Assembly (NCBI GenBank): GCA_018715365.1
Contig: DVLU01000040.1
Location: 17,028 to 81,027, forward strand
Origin: Candidatus Ornithomonoglobus intestinigallinarum
GTDB taxonomy: Bacteria; Bacillota; Clostridia; UBA1381
Length of the DNA stretch: 64,000 nt
Reading direction: 5' to 3'
Shown here piece by piece: positions 45,438 to 56,615 of the stretch. A program made the position numbers and the translations under genes. The stretch's first letter is position 1; each line of letters begins with the position of its first letter. The notes under the pieces are model-generated. The model did no database searches. It was not told where the DNA came from and worked only from the letters and a program-made list of their open reading frames with translations.

Positions 45438-47744
45438 ATGAATAAAATGGAAGTGCTTCCCGTAGTGCCCATGCGCGGTATAGTAATATTCCCGGGCATG
45501 ACGCTTAATTTCGACGCGGGACGCGACGTTTCGGTAAAAGCGCTCGAAACGGCGGCTGACGAGCACACCGAGGTGTTCCTTACGGCGCAGAAGGATGCGA
45601 GCGTAAACGCTCCCAAAATGAACGATATGTATCCCATGGGAACCGTCGTAAAAATAAAACAGGTGATGAAGATACCGGGCGGCGGCGTGCGCGTTATAGT
45701 GGAGGGCCTGCGCCGCGGGATAATGCACGAGAGGATATCGTCGTCGCCGTATCTGCAGGCGGTTATAGAAAGCATCGGGGAAAACGACGCGCCTTACGAT
45801 GTGCGCGAAGCATATATAAGGCAGGTGAAGGCGGCGTATGAGGAATACGTTTCGCAGACGCCGCATATGATGACGGAGCAGTTTATGGCTGTAATGTCGT
45901 CCGACGAGCTGCCGCGCATATGCGACCTGATTGCCGCCGGCGTTGATTTCAAGCTTGAAACAAAGCAGCTCATGCTCGATACTGCCGACGCGTGCAGCAG
46001 GGCGGAGCTTGTTATCGCATCGCTGAAAAAACAGACGGGCATATTAAAGCTTGAGCAGCAGATAGCGCGGCGCGTTAAGGAAAGCATGGATAAAAATCAG
46101 CGCGAATATTATTTGAGGGAGCAGCTTAAGGTTATAACAAAGGAGCTCGGCGACGGCGCCGACCCCGTTGAGGAGGCGGACGAATACCGCGATAAAATAA
46201 ATAAGCTGAAAGCCTCAAAGGAGGTAAAGGAAAAGCTTTTGAAAGAGGCGGACAGGTTTGCGCGGATCGCGCCGTCGGCTGCCGAAAGCGGAGTTATAAG
46301 GACGTATCTCGATACGGTGCTCGATATGCCGTGGAATAAAATGACGCACGAAACGTTCGATATAAAAAATGCCGAAAAAATACTTAACGACGATCATTAC
46401 GGTCTTGAAAAGGTTAAGGACAGGATACTTGAGTATCTTGCCGTAAGGCAGTTTACGGGCGGTAAAAATACGGCGATACTCTGCCTTGCGGGACCTCCGG
46501 GAGTCGGGAAAACGTCGGTGGCAAAGTCGGTCGCAAGGGCGCTGGGCAGAAAGTACGTAAGAATATCTCTCGGCGGCATACATGACGAGGCCGATATACG
46601 CGGTCACAGAAAAACGTACATAGGCGCAATGGAGGGGCGCATAATGGCGGCAATGAAGGAAGCCGGCACAAAAAATCCGCTGATACTTCTCGATGAAATA
46701 GACAAGATGGCGGCGGATTATAAGGGCGATCCTTCGGCGGCGCTGCTTGAGGTGCTCGATTACGAGCAGAATTCGTCGTTCAGGGATCACTACCTTGAGG
46801 TGCCGTTTGATTTGTCAAAGGTGCTTTTTATAACAACGGCAAATACGCTCGATACAATATCGAGGCCGCTGCTTGATAGAATGGAGGTCATAGAGCTTTC
46901 GGGCTACACCTATGAGGAAAAATTCCATATAGGCAAGGACTATCTTATAAAAAAGGCGGCGGAAAAAAACGGGCTCACCGAAAAGCAGTTTGCCGTTGCC
47001 GACGATGCGTTAAAAGACATAATAGACTACTACACGCGCGAGGCCGGCGTGAGAAAGCTTGAACAGACGCTCGAAACGCTTGCGCGCAAAGCCGCGCGCA
47101 CAATGCTTGACGGCAATAAGAAATCGGTGCGCATAACGTCAAAATCGCTTGAAAAATATCTCGGCAAGCGCCGCTATCATTTTGATATGATGAATAAGAA
47201 AAGCGAGGTGGGCGTTGTACGCGGCCTTGCGTGGACGTCGGTGGGCGGCGAAACGCTGTCCGTTGAGGTGAACGTTATGGACGGCACGGGAAATGTGGAG
47301 CTTACCGGCCAGCTCGGCGACGTTATGAAGGAATCGGCAAAGGCGGCCATAAGCTATATCCGTTCCCGCGCGGATGAGCTAGGTATAGACAGCGAATTTT
47401 ACAAGAATAAGGATATACATATCCATGTTCCCGAGGGCGCCGTGCCAAAAGACGGCCCGTCCGCCGGCATAACAATGGCAACCGCGCTTGTGAGCGCGCT
47501 TTCGAACAAGCCCGTAAGAAACGATATTGCAATGACCGGCGAAATAACGCTGCGCGGTAAGGTTCTGCCGATAGGCGGCTTAAAGGAAAAATCGCTTGCG
47601 GCATACAGGGCCGGCATACGGACTGTTATTATTCCCGAGGAAAACAAGCCGGATATTGACGATATCCCGAAGGAAATAAGAAAAAACATAAAGTTTATAC
47701 CAACCGAAAGCATGGAGGGTGTATTAGAGCGCGCACTCGTATAG
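45438..47744 (+). CDS. lon: ATP-dependent protease Lon (endopeptidase La)
   Basis: LON N-domain, Walker [10 protein letters not shown], and the catalytic Ser in [15 protein letters not shown]. Confidence 0.97.
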   Translation: MNKMEVLPVVPMRGIVIFPGMTLNFDAGRDVSVKALETAADEHTEVFLTAQKDASVNAPKMNDMYPMGTVVKIKQVMKIPGGGVRVIVEGLRRGIMHERISSSPYLQAVIESIGENDAPYDVREAYIRQVKAAYEEYVSQTPHMMTEQFMAVMSSDELPRICDLIAAGVDFKLETKQLMLDTADACSRAELVIASLKKQTGILKLEQQIARRVKESMDKNQREYYLREQLKVITKELGDGADPVEEADEYRDKINKLKASKEVKEKLLKEADRFARIAPSAAESGVIRTYLDTVLDMPWNKMTHETFDIKNAEKILNDDHYGLEKVKDRILEYLAVRQFTGGKNTAILCLAGPPGVGKTSVAKSVARALGRKYVRISLGGIHDEADIRGHRKTYIGAMEGRIMAAMKEAGTKNPLILLDEIDKMAADYKGDPSAALLEVLDYEQNSSFRDHYLEVPFDLSKVLFITTANTLDTISRPLLDRMEVIELSGYTYEEKFHIGKDYLIKKAAEKNGLTEKQFAVADDALKDIIDYYTREAGVRKLEQTLETLARKAARTMLDGNKKSVRITSKSLEKYLGKRRYHFDMMNKKSEVGVVRGLAWTSVGGETLSVEVNVMDGTGNVELTGQLGDVMKESAKAAISYIRSRADELGIDSEFYKNKDIHIHVPEGAVPKDGPSAGITMATALVSALSNKPVRNDIAMTGEITLRGKVLPIGGLKEKSLAAYRAGIRTVIIPEENKPDIDDIPKEIRKNIKFIPTESMEGVLERALV

Positions 47745-47774
47745 ACGGGAGCGTTCGCGGTTAATGGCATAAGC

Positions 47775-47808
47775 ACGGAAAATCCGCCCGTATGAGCGGA
47801 TTTTCCGT
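47775..47808. terminator. Bidirectional terminator between lon and the convergent small ORF
   Basis: acggaaaatccgc-N8-gcggattttccgt. Confidence 0.75.
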
Positions 47809-47880
47809 ATTCGGCGTATTTTGTTTTGATATGCTTTTTATCGGTCAAACAAAGCCTTCACACTTATACCTGCCGGCTTT

Positions 47881-48009
47881 TCAGTCGCACATACATGTAA
47901 CGATAACGATTATGATAAGTACCCAAAGTATCATATCAAGGTCGAAATCGCAGCCGCCGCGGTGCTTATTTGTCATTGCGCAGCAGTTGTTTTCGCAGCA
48001 TTCACTCAT
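47881..48009 (-). CDS. 42-aa Cys-rich small membrane peptide (absent from the ORF track)
   Basis: Own translation: MSECCENNCCAMTNKHRGGCDFDLDMILWVLIIIVIVTCMCD. Strong RBS GGAGGAG 5 nt upstream of the ATG. 7 Cys and one C-terminal TM helix. Confidence 0.55.
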   Translation of the reverse strand: MSECCENNCCAMTNKHRGGCDFDLDMILWVLIIIVIVTCMCD

Positions 48010-48101
48010 TTTAAGGCTCCTCCTTTCCTTCGGATTGTAATGTATACTATGAAAAATGCGAAAAAAATGTTACCGAAAATAAAAAAACTGCCGCATACCC
48101 C

Positions 48102-48130
48102 TTGAAATTTCCGCATAAATGATGTACAAT
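48102..48130 (+). promoter_or_regulatory. Sigma-A promoter of the DUF896-asnA-asnS unit
   Basis: TTGAAA (48102..48107), 17-nt spacer, TACAAT (48125..48130). Confidence 0.6.
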
Positions 48131-48186
48131 ATATGACGGTGTCCGCGTATGCGGGAAATAACAGCAGATTTTAAAGGAGAATTGCT

Positions 48187-48354
48187 TTGGAACGAGAAAA
48201 AATCGCAAGAATAAACTACCTTGCGAAAAAATCAAAAAACGAAGGCTTAAACGCCGAGGAAAAAATCGAACAGGCGCTGCTCAGGAAAGAATATCTCGAA
48301 GCGGTAAGACGAAATTTCAAAGCCACTCTCGACAGTATCGAAATAAAGAAATAA
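48187..48354 (+). CDS. DUF896 (YnzC/UPF0291-like) small protein, 55 aa, absent from the ORF track
   Basis: TTG start 7 nt after GGAG. Translation (M)EREKIARINYLAKKSKNEGLNAEEKIEQALLRKEYLEAVRRNFKATLDSIEIKK. Confidence 0.7.
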   Translation: MEREKIARINYLAKKSKNEGLNAEEKIEQALLRKEYLEAVRRNFKATLDSIEIKK

Positions 48355-48369
48355 AGGAGTATTAAAGCT

Positions 48370-49374
48370 ATGTCTCTTATTTTGCCGGAAGGCTATAAGT
48401 CAAAGCTCGGCGGCAGACGCACCGAGGAAGCAATAAAATCCATAAAGGATACCTTCCAGAGGGAGCTTATAAACGCGCTTAACCTTCAGAGAATATCCGC
48501 GCCGCTTTTTGTAAGACCGGAAACGGGCTTGAACGATAATCTTAACGGCGTTGAAAGGCCTGTTGATTTTGATGCGCCCGGTATCGGCGGACGGCTTGAA
48601 ATAGTACATTCGCTTGCGAAATGGAAAAGACTAACTCTTGCAAAATATAAGTTTTCAAAGGGCGAAGGGCTCTACACCGACATGAACGCAATAAGGCGCG
48701 ATGAGGTGCTTGATAATCTTCACTCGATATACGTTGACCAGTGGGACTGGGAGGCCGTTATAGATAAGAGCGAAAGGAACCTCGATACGCTGAAAAATAC
48801 GGTCAAGAAAATTTATTCGGCAATTAAATCGACAAACGCAATAATACAGCAGAATTATCCGGAGCTTGACACATATCTTCCGGAGGAGATAACGTTTGTG
48901 ACAACCCAGGAGCTGGAGGACATGTATCCCGGTCTTGAGCCGAAGGAAAGGGAGGACAGGCTTTTGAGGGAAAAGAAAGCCGTGTTCCTTATGCAGATAG
49001 GCAAGGTCTTGAAATCCGGCAAAAAGCACGACGGCAGAGCGCCCGACTACGACGACTGGGAATTAAACGGTGATATACTCGTATATTATCCGCTGCTTGA
49101 CGCTTCGTTTGAGCTTTCGAGCATGGGTATAAGAGTTGACGAGGAAGCTCTTAAGAAGCAGGTTAAAGAATGTCACTGCGAGGACCGCCTTGAAATGGAC
49201 TTCCATAAGAAGCTCTTAAACGGCGAGCTGCCTTATACTATAGGCGGCGGCATAGGGCAGTCAAGGCTGTGTATGCTGATGCTCGGCAAAGCGCATATAG
49301 GCGAGGTTCAGGCGTCGGTATGGAGCGACGCGATGATAAAAACGTGCAGAGAGCACGGCATAGAGCTTTTGTAA
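48370..49374 (+). CDS. asnA: Aspartate--ammonia ligase (asparagine synthetase A)
   Basis: Collinear with E. coli AsnA as recalled: [55 protein letters not shown]. Confidence 0.93.
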   Translation: MSLILPEGYKSKLGGRRTEEAIKSIKDTFQRELINALNLQRISAPLFVRPETGLNDNLNGVERPVDFDAPGIGGRLEIVHSLAKWKRLTLAKYKFSKGEGLYTDMNAIRRDEVLDNLHSIYVDQWDWEAVIDKSERNLDTLKNTVKKIYSAIKSTNAIIQQNYPELDTYLPEEITFVTTQELEDMYPGLEPKEREDRLLREKKAVFLMQIGKVLKSGKKHDGRAPDYDDWELNGDILVYYPLLDASFELSSMGIRVDEEALKKQVKECHCEDRLEMDFHKKLLNGELPYTIGGGIGQSRLCMLMLGKAHIGEVQASVWSDAMIKTCREHGIELL

Positions 49375-49418
49375 AACAAACAAAAAGAACAAATAAGATA
49401 ATCAGGAAGGATAACGGT

Positions 49419-50810
49419 ATGGATACACTTGTAAAACGGCTGTTCCGCGAAAGCGGGGAATTTGCCGATAAGGAAATCACGGTATCGGGCTGGATACGCA
49501 CAATAAGAGTTTCAAAAAGCTTCGGCTTCATAGAGCTTAACGACGGCAGCTTTTTCAAGAATCTTCAGATAGTTATAGAGGAGGAAAAGCTTGATAATTT
49601 CAGGGAGCTGTCAAAGCTTAACGTCGGCGCGTCGATAACGGCGCGCGGTACGCTTGTGCTGACGCCCGAGGCAAAGCAGCCGTTTGAGCTAAAAGCCGGG
49701 GACGTTGTTATAGAAGGCACGTCAACTCCCGATTACCCGCTTCAGAAAAAGCGCCATTCATTTGAATATTTAAGGACAATAGCTCATCTGCGTCCGAGAA
49801 CGAACACCTTCTCGGCAGTGTTCCGCGTGCGTTCGCTCATAGCTCAGGCGATACACCAATTCTTTGCCGAGCGCGGTTTTGTGTATGTCCATACGCCGAT
49901 AATAACGGCGAGCGACTGCGAGGGCGCGGGCGAGATGTTTAAGGTAACGACGCTCGATATGGATAAGCTACCCAAAACGGACGAGGGCGCCGTTGATTAT
50001 TCAAAGGACTTTTTCGGCAAGCCGACAAACCTGACGGTAAGCGGACAGCTCAACGTTGAAACGTTCTGCATGGCGTTCAGAAACGTCTACACGTTCGGAC
50101 CCACGTTCAGAGCCGAAAATTCGAACACTACGCGCCATGCGGCGGAATTCTGGATGATAGAGCCGGAGATTGCTTTTGCCGACCTTAACGACGACATGGA
50201 TCTTGCGGAGGCAATGCTTAAGTATATAATAAACTATTGTCTTGAAAACGCCCCGGAGGAAATGGCGTTTTTCAACAGCTTTGTGGACAAGGGGCTGCTT
50301 GAGAGGCTTCATAACGTCGTATCAAATGAATTTGCGAGAATAACATATACAGAGGCTGTTGAAATATTAAAGAAAAACAACGATAAATTCGAATACCCCG
50401 TTGAATGGGGCAGCGATCTCCAAACGGAGCATGAGCGTTATCTCACGGAGCAGATATACAAAAAGCCAGTGTTTGTAACGGACTATCCCAAGGAGATAAA
50501 GGCATTTTACATGAAGCTTAACGGCGACAACAAAACAGTTGCCGCAATGGACCTGCTCGTTCCCGGCGTCGGCGAAATAATCGGCGGCAGCCAGAGGGAG
50601 GAAAATTACGATACGCTTGTGCGGAAAATGCACGAGTGCGGTCTTAACGAGGAGGACTACGGCTTCTATCTCGACCTCAGAAAATACGGCACGAACAAGC
50701 ACGCGGGCTTCGGCCTGGGCTTTGAAAGAGCCGTTATGTACATCACCGGTATGCAGAATATAAGAGACGTACTGCCGTTCCCCAGAACGGTCGGCACGGC
50801 CGAATATTAA
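49419..50810 (+). CDS. asnS: Asparagine--tRNA ligase
   Basis: OB-fold N-terminus ([25 protein letters not shown]) and class II core ([29 protein letters not shown]). Start at the ATG at 49419. Confidence 0.93.
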   Translation: MDTLVKRLFRESGEFADKEITVSGWIRTIRVSKSFGFIELNDGSFFKNLQIVIEEEKLDNFRELSKLNVGASITARGTLVLTPEAKQPFELKAGDVVIEGTSTPDYPLQKKRHSFEYLRTIAHLRPRTNTFSAVFRVRSLIAQAIHQFFAERGFVYVHTPIITASDCEGAGEMFKVTTLDMDKLPKTDEGAVDYSKDFFGKPTNLTVSGQLNVETFCMAFRNVYTFGPTFRAENSNTTRHAAEFWMIEPEIAFADLNDDMDLAEAMLKYIINYCLENAPEEMAFFNSFVDKGLLERLHNVVSNEFARITYTEAVEILKKNNDKFEYPVEWGSDLQTEHERYLTEQIYKKPVFVTDYPKEIKAFYMKLNGDNKTVAAMDLLVPGVGEIIGGSQREENYDTLVRKMHECGLNEEDYGFYLDLRKYGTNKHAGFGLGFERAVMYITGMQNIRDVLPFPRTVGTAEY

Positions 50811-50813
50811 ATG

Positions 50814-50877
50814 GCTGCCGCTTTTGCGCGGATCGGAGCAGCGGTTTCCGTCCGCGCAGAAGACGGGCGGCTTTTTT
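50814..50877 (+). terminator. Probable asnS terminator (nested GC hairpins, then TTTTTT)
   Basis: gcgcgga/tccgcgc and ccgtc/gacgg pairings, ending gcggctttttt. Confidence 0.5.
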
Positions 50878-50956
50878 GTAAACAGGCATACGGCTCGGGC
50901 TTTATGGTGAGCTGTTTTATTTCATACCCAAAAGACGGGCGAAAGGCGGATAAATT

Positions 50957-51772
50957 ATGAACTTTTTTTATGCTTTGCTGGCGGCTGCGGCGATATTTTT
51001 CTCCTACAGGTTTAATCTTTATTTCGGTATAATCGTCACTGCCTTTATTGTATTTTATATTATTTACAGATATATCCCGACGTATTGGGCGGTTAAAGCC
51101 CAGAGGGCGTTTGCCGCGGGCGATTTTAAAGAAGCAAAGCGGCTTTACAAAAAATCGTACGACACAAACCGCGCAAAGGCGCAGATAAAAATAAATTACG
51201 CCTATACGCTCATGCGCACGGGCGATTTTGACGAGGCGGAACAGATATTAAATCCTATCGTCAGAGTAAAAACAACAAAAAAGGATAATTTAAAAAAGAG
51301 CGCAAAGCAGCAGCGCTGCATGGTTTATTATAAGCAGGGACGGCTCGATGAGGCGATGGAGGACGCAATGGAGCTGTTTAACGACGGCTACAGAAATACG
51401 CAGATGTACGGCATGATAGGCTATTTCAAGCTTATAAGCGGCGGCGATATAGACGAAACAACGCGCTTCTGCGAGGAAGCATACGACTATAACAGCGACG
51501 ACCGCGACATCATGGACAATCTGTCGATTTGCTATTACAGAAAGGGCGAATACGACAAGGCTGCGGAGCTTTCCGATAAAATAATCGCCGATGCGCCGAA
51601 GTTTGTGGAGGCATATTACCACGGCGCACAGATAGCCGTAAAGCGCGGCGAATACAAAAAAGCAGCCGAGCTTATGACGCATATAGATTCCTGCCGCTGG
51701 TCAAATATGACGACCGTTTCGCGTGAGGAAGTTGATGAATTGAATAAACAAATAAAGGAAAGACTGTCATGA
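50957..51772 (+). CDS. Membrane-anchored tetratricopeptide repeat protein
   Basis: Two N-terminal TM helices, then TPR-like repeats (FKEAKRLYKKSYD, YDKAAELSDKII, YKKAAELMTHI). Confidence 0.65.
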   Translation: MNFFYALLAAAAIFFSYRFNLYFGIIVTAFIVFYIIYRYIPTYWAVKAQRAFAAGDFKEAKRLYKKSYDTNRAKAQIKINYAYTLMRTGDFDEAEQILNPIVRVKTTKKDNLKKSAKQQRCMVYYKQGRLDEAMEDAMELFNDGYRNTQMYGMIGYFKLISGGDIDETTRFCEEAYDYNSDDRDIMDNLSICYYRKGEYDKAAELSDKIIADAPKFVEAYYHGAQIAVKRGEYKKAAELMTHIDSCRWSNMTTVSREEVDELNKQIKERLS

Positions 51773-53055
51773 ACAAAACGCCGCTTGCCGAAAGGCTGCG
51801 ACCGAAAACTCTCGATGATGTCTGCGGCCAGCAGCATCTGATAGGAGAGGGGAAGCTGTTAAGGAATATCATAGAAAGCGGCGATACGCCGAATATGATA
51901 TTTTACGGACCGTCGGGCTCGGGGAAAACGACGATAGCAAACATGATAGCGTCAAAAACGGGAAAGGCGCTGCGCCGCTTAAACGCAACAACGGCGTCCG
52001 TTGCCGATATAAAAGACATAACAGCCTCCCTTGATTCGTTTCTTGCTCCCGACGGCGTGCTTTTGTATCTTGACGAGATTCAGAATTTTAATAAAAAGCA
52101 GCAGCAGTCGCTGCTTGAGTTTATGGAAAACGGAAAGATAACGCTTATAGCAAGCACAACGGAAAACCCGTATTTTTATATTTATAACGCGGTGCTTTCA
52201 AGGAGCGTCGTTTTTGAATTTAAGGCGCTTAAGCCCGATGATGTCGAAAGGGCGCTTTCAAGAGCCGTTGACGTATTAAAAAACGAGGATTACCGCGGCT
52301 GCGAGGTAAATATCGAAGACGGCGTGCTTTCTCATATAGCCAACGCCTCAAACGGCGACGTGCGCAAGGCTCTGAATTCGCTTGAGATAATTTTTCTTGC
52401 GGCGCGCCCCGATAAAGACGGCAGGCTTAATATAACTCTCGATTCTGCGGAACAGGCCGTTCAGCAAAAAGCGTTCAGATACGACCGCGGCGGCGACAGC
52501 CATTACGATATTTTAAGCGCGTTTCAGAAATCTATACGCGGCTCCGATCCCGACGCCGCCGTTCATTACCTTGCGCGCCTTGTAAGCGCGGGCGATATGC
52601 AGAGCATATGCCGCAGGCTGCTCGTTATTGCGGCAGAGGATATAGGGCTTGCGTATCCCAATGCGATAAGCATCGTAAAAGCCTGCGTTGACGCCGCGCT
52701 GCAGGTCGGTTTCCCCGAAGCGCAGCTGCCGCTTGCCGAAGCCGTTATGCTGCTTGCAACGGCTCCGAAATCAAACAGCGCCGCGGAGGCGATAGGCGCG
52801 GCAATGGACGATTTGTCGAAAACTGACGCGGGGGACGTGCCGGAGCATCTGAAGGATTCGCATTACGGCGGCGCGGAAAAGCTCGGTCACGGCGACGGCT
52901 ATAAATATGCTCATAATTATAAAAACCATTACGTAAAGCAGCAGTATCTGCCCGATAACGTAAAGGACAGAAAATATTATACATACGGCGCAAACAAAAC
53001 GGAGCAGGCGGCAAAAGCCTACTGGGATAAAATCAAGGAGGAAAGCGGCAAATGA
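51769..53055 (+). CDS. rarA: Replication-associated recombination protein A (AAA ATPase)
   Basis: LAERLRPKTLDDVCGQQHLIG, Walker A GPSGSGKTT, and MgsA C-terminal region HYDILSAFQKSIRGSDPDAA. Confidence 0.92.
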   Translation: MNKTPLAERLRPKTLDDVCGQQHLIGEGKLLRNIIESGDTPNMIFYGPSGSGKTTIANMIASKTGKALRRLNATTASVADIKDITASLDSFLAPDGVLLYLDEIQNFNKKQQQSLLEFMENGKITLIASTTENPYFYIYNAVLSRSVVFEFKALKPDDVERALSRAVDVLKNEDYRGCEVNIEDGVLSHIANASNGDVRKALNSLEIIFLAARPDKDGRLNITLDSAEQAVQQKAFRYDRGGDSHYDILSAFQKSIRGSDPDAAVHYLARLVSAGDMQSICRRLLVIAAEDIGLAYPNAISIVKACVDAALQVGFPEAQLPLAEAVMLLATAPKSNSAAEAIGAAMDDLSKTDAGDVPEHLKDSHYGGAEKLGHGDGYKYAHNYKNHYVKQQYLPDNVKDRKYYTYGANKTEQAAKAYWDKIKEESGK

Positions 53056-54962
53056 AGGACGGATTTATAAAAACGGCGTGCGCCGCGGTTGATATAAAAG
53101 TCGCGGACACCGAATACAACACATCGCAGCTTATAAAAACCGCCAAAGAGGCGTGCGGGAACGGCGCAAAGCTTGTGGTGTTCCCCGAGCTTTCGATAAC
53201 GGCATACACCTGCTCGGATTTGTTTTTGCAGCAGCCGCTGCTTGACGGCGCAATGAAGGGGCTTATACGTCTTGCAAAGGAAACGGCGGAGCTTGACGCG
53301 GTAATAGTTGCCGGACTGCCCGTTGAGCTTTGCGGCAGCCTTTATAACTGCGCCGCCGTTATAAACCGCGGTAAAATAAAAGGGCTCGTTCCGAAAATGA
53401 ATGTGCCCAATTACGGCGAGTTTTACGAAGCAAGGCACTTCAGAGAGGGGTTTAACGATAAAAGGACTGTAATTATAGACGGATACGAAGTGCCTTTCGG
53501 CGGCAAGCTGCTGTTTGCGGCAAGGTCTATGCCCGAATTTGTTTTGGGGATTGAGATATGCGAGGATCTGTGGACTCCGAACCCGCCCTCGTGCGCTCAT
53601 GCGCTTGCCGGAGCGACGGTTATTGCAAACTTGAGCGCAAGCGATGAGCTTATAGCAAAGGCCGAATACAGAAGCTTGCTTGTGCGTTCGCAGTCGGCAA
53701 GGCTGTACTGCGGCTATATTTATTCGGACGCCGGTTACGGCGAGTCTACAACCGACCTTGTTTTTGCGGGAGACAATATAATAGCCGAAAACGGCGTTAT
53801 TTTATCAAGAAGCAAAAAATTTACGAATGAATGTGTATATGCCGAGCTTGACCTGGAAAGACTGTTGATTGAACGGAGAAAAGCGACGACATATAAAAGC
53901 ATGGGCGAATCGGATTATACGTTTATCGATGTTGAGCTTGAGCCGGAAAAAACGGAGCTGTCGCGCCGTATAGACGCTGCGCCGTTTGTTCCCGGTGACG
54001 AGAGCAAAAGGGCGGAGCGGAGCGAAGAAATACTTTCGATACAGGCAATGGGGCTAAGGAAGCGCCTTGACCATACAAACGCAAAGAATGCCGTAATAGG
54101 CGTAAGCGGCGGGCTTGATTCAACGCTTGCGCTGCTTGTTGCCGTGCGTGCGTTCGACAGCCTCGGGCTTGACAGAAAAGGCATAACGGCCGTTACAATG
54201 CCGTGCTTCGGCACAACGGACAGGACGTACAATAACGCCGTAAGCTTTGCGAAGTCGCTCGGCGTAACGCTCAGGGAAATAAATATCGAAGCTGCCGTAA
54301 GGCTCCATTTCAAGGACATCGGACACGACGGCGAAACGCTTGACGTCACCTACGAAAATTCGCAGGCAAGAGAACGCACGCAGATATTGATGGACATAGC
54401 CAATATGAACGGCGGGCTTGTTATAGGAACGGGCGATCTTTCGGAGCTGGCGCTGGGTTGGGCAACGTATAACGGCGACCATATGAGCATGTACGCCGTA
54501 AACGCGGGAGTGCCGAAAACGCTCATACGCTGGCTTGTTGACCATGAAGCGAAACGAAGCGGCAGCAAGCTCCTGAAGGCGACGCTTGAAGATATTCTCG
54601 CAACGCCGGTAAGCCCCGAGCTTTTGCCGCCGAAGGACGGCGAAATAGCTCAGAAAACGGAGCATATCGTAGGTCCCTATGAGCTTCACGACTTTTTCCT
54701 GTATTATCTTCTGCGCTTCGGCTTCCGCCCGTCAAAGATACTGCGCCTTGCCGAAAGGGCGTTTGAGGGTATGTATGACCGTGCTTTTATACTCGAATGG
54801 CTGAAGGTATTTTACAGGCGATTTTTTGCGCAGCAGTTTAAGCGCTCATGTCTGCCGGACGGACCGAAGGTCGGTTCTGCGGCGCTTTCTCCGAGAGGCG
54901 ACTGGCGTATGCCGTCCGACGCCTCGGTAAAAATCTGGACGGACGAGCTGAACGCGCTGTAA
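53052..54962 (+). CDS. nadE: Glutamine-dependent NAD(+) synthetase
   Basis: N-terminal CN-hydrolase domain (VVFPELSITAY, EICEDLW) plus an NAD synthase domain with SGGLDS. Confidence 0.92.
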   Translation: MKDGFIKTACAAVDIKVADTEYNTSQLIKTAKEACGNGAKLVVFPELSITAYTCSDLFLQQPLLDGAMKGLIRLAKETAELDAVIVAGLPVELCGSLYNCAAVINRGKIKGLVPKMNVPNYGEFYEARHFREGFNDKRTVIIDGYEVPFGGKLLFAARSMPEFVLGIEICEDLWTPNPPSCAHALAGATVIANLSASDELIAKAEYRSLLVRSQSARLYCGYIYSDAGYGESTTDLVFAGDNIIAENGVILSRSKKFTNECVYAELDLERLLIERRKATTYKSMGESDYTFIDVELEPEKTELSRRIDAAPFVPGDESKRAERSEEILSIQAMGLRKRLDHTNAKNAVIGVSGGLDSTLALLVAVRAFDSLGLDRKGITAVTMPCFGTTDRTYNNAVSFAKSLGVTLREINIEAAVRLHFKDIGHDGETLDVTYENSQARERTQILMDIANMNGGLVIGTGDLSELALGWATYNGDHMSMYAVNAGVPKTLIRWLVDHEAKRSGSKLLKATLEDILATPVSPELLPPKDGEIAQKTEHIVGPYELHDFFLYYLLRFGFRPSKILRLAERAFEGMYDRAFILEWLKVFYRRFFAQQFKRSCLPDGPKVGSAALSPRGDWRMPSDASVKIWTDELNAL

Positions 54963-54995
54963 GCGCGGGCCCGTTCATGAATACGGAGAAGGCTT

Positions 54996-55871
54996 ATGCG
55001 TGAACGGTTAATAAAAAATAAAGGGAAAATATATCTTTTGGTTTCGGCGTTTATCTACGGGCTTGCCCCGATACTTGCCAAAACCGCCTATACCGGCGGC
55101 ACAAGAGCCGTGACGCTTGCGTTTTTGCGCGCGTCAATGGCCGTGCCGCTTTTGTTTGTTTTGTTAAAGGCGGAGCATATGCCGCTCAGGCTCACAAGGA
55201 CGGAATTTAAAAAGGTTTCGCTTTTGGGGCTGTTCGGCGGCGCCGTGCCGATTATACTTCTGTATCTTTCATACCGCTATATTTCTGTCGGGCTTGCAAC
55301 AACGCTCCATTTTGTTTATCCGATAATAATTGTGTTTGCCACATCGTTTATATATCATGAAAAGCTTGATAAGCTCACGCTTATAGCCGCGCTTTCGGCA
55401 ACGGCGGGGATATTTATGTTTGTCGATATAGGCGGCACGGCAAACAAAACCGGTATAATTCTTGCGCTTTTGTCTGGTATATTCTACAGCTTCTATGTTT
55501 TGTATATGGATAGATCGGGGCTTGACAAAATGGACTGTATGAAGCTTACGTTTTATACGCTTGTTATAATAAGCGCCGGCACGCTTGTTTACGGCCTTGC
55601 CGCGCACGCGATATCGTTTTCGATGACTCCGAAGGCATGGCTCTATTCGTTTCTTATATCGCTTCTTGTGACGTTTGCCGCGGTGCCGCTTTTCCAGGCC
55701 GGAATAAAATACGAGGGCGCTTCGGCGGCGGGAATACTTTCCACGGCGGAACCGATAACGACGCTTATTTTGGGCGCCGTGTTTTTGGGCGAAGCCATAA
55801 GCGGCATGCAGTATATGGGCGGCTTGCTTATACTTGCCGGAGTTGCCGCCGTCCAAATAAAGCACCGGTGA
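54996..55871 (+). CDS. DMT superfamily (EamA) transporter
   Basis: 10 TM segments with a duplicated EamA-like architecture. Confidence 0.75.
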   Translation: MRERLIKNKGKIYLLVSAFIYGLAPILAKTAYTGGTRAVTLAFLRASMAVPLLFVLLKAEHMPLRLTRTEFKKVSLLGLFGGAVPIILLYLSYRYISVGLATTLHFVYPIIIVFATSFIYHEKLDKLTLIAALSATAGIFMFVDIGGTANKTGIILALLSGIFYSFYVLYMDRSGLDKMDCMKLTFYTLVIISAGTLVYGLAAHAISFSMTPKAWLYSFLISLLVTFAAVPLFQAGIKYEGASAAGILSTAEPITTLILGAVFLGEAISGMQYMGGLLILAGVAAVQIKHR

Positions 55872-55940
55872 AATGTTTTCATTAAAACGGCCGGAACGGC
55901 ATATGGATGATATAGGGCAAAAACCGGGGAGGGGTTCTGT

Positions 55941-56615
55941 ATGTTTATTCCGAAAAAACAGCTTCTGGCAGTAATCGCCGCCGCGGCCGTCTGCATAACT
56001 GCGGCGGTGGCTTTGAAAATCGGTGCGGTCGAAACGTTTTCCGAAACAAAAATAACCGTCGCGCTGGATCCCGGACACGGATTTCCCGATGGCGGGGCCG
56101 TTGGGGCGGCGGGAACGCTCGAAAAGGATGTAAATCTGGCAGTTGTGCAAAAGCTTGCCGAAATACTCGAGAGCCGCGGGAACAGGGTCGTGCTTACGCG
56201 CACCGGCGACAGCGGGCTTCACGACGGCACGGGAACGATACGTCAAAAAAAGATCGCCGATATGAAAAAACGCGTCGAAATAATAAATTCATCGGGCGCG
56301 GAGCTGCTTATATCGGTACATATGAACGCTTTGAACGACAGCTCCGTTACGGGACTCCATATTTTTTACAACAGGGCGCACGAGGAGATAAAGCCGCTTG
56401 CCGAAAAGATTCTCTCGTCCGTTTCGGACGCGACCGGCGCGGAGGCGCACGGCGCAAAGCCCGCCGCAGACTCGCTTTATCTTATGAAAAACACAAAAAT
56501 CCCCGCAGTATTGATCGAATGCGGCTTCCTTTCAAATCCCGATGAAGAAAAAAAGCTTAACAACGACGAATACCAATCCCGCATCGCATGGGCAATAGCA
56601 AATGCGCTCTCATAA
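55941..56615 (+). CDS. cwlD: N-acetylmuramoyl-L-alanine amidase, CwlD-like
   Basis: N-terminal TM, then LDPGHGFPDGGA, ISVHMNA and ECGFLSNPDEE. Its size and membrane anchor fit the germination-specific CwlD. Confidence 0.7.
   Translation: MFIPKKQLLAVIAAAAVCITAAVALKIGAVETFSETKITVALDPGHGFPDGGAVGAAGTLEKDVNLAVVQKLAEILESRGNRVVLTRTGDSGLHDGTGTIRQKKIADMKKRVEIINSSGAELLISVHMNALNDSSVTGLHIFYNRAHEEIKPLAEKILSSVSDATGAEAHGAKPAADSLYLMKNTKIPAVLIECGFLSNPDEEKKLNNDEYQSRIAWAIANALS

Noticed and set aside
55269-56246. 325-aa and 186-aa minus-strand ORFs (55269..56246 and 55643..56203) spanning the EamA and CwlD-like genes.
   Set aside because: They are antisense to two plausible plus-strand genes with RBSs. The products are extremely Arg/Lys-rich or Ala/Ser/Thr-rich and cross an intergenic promoter region, so they are not credible coding sequence.
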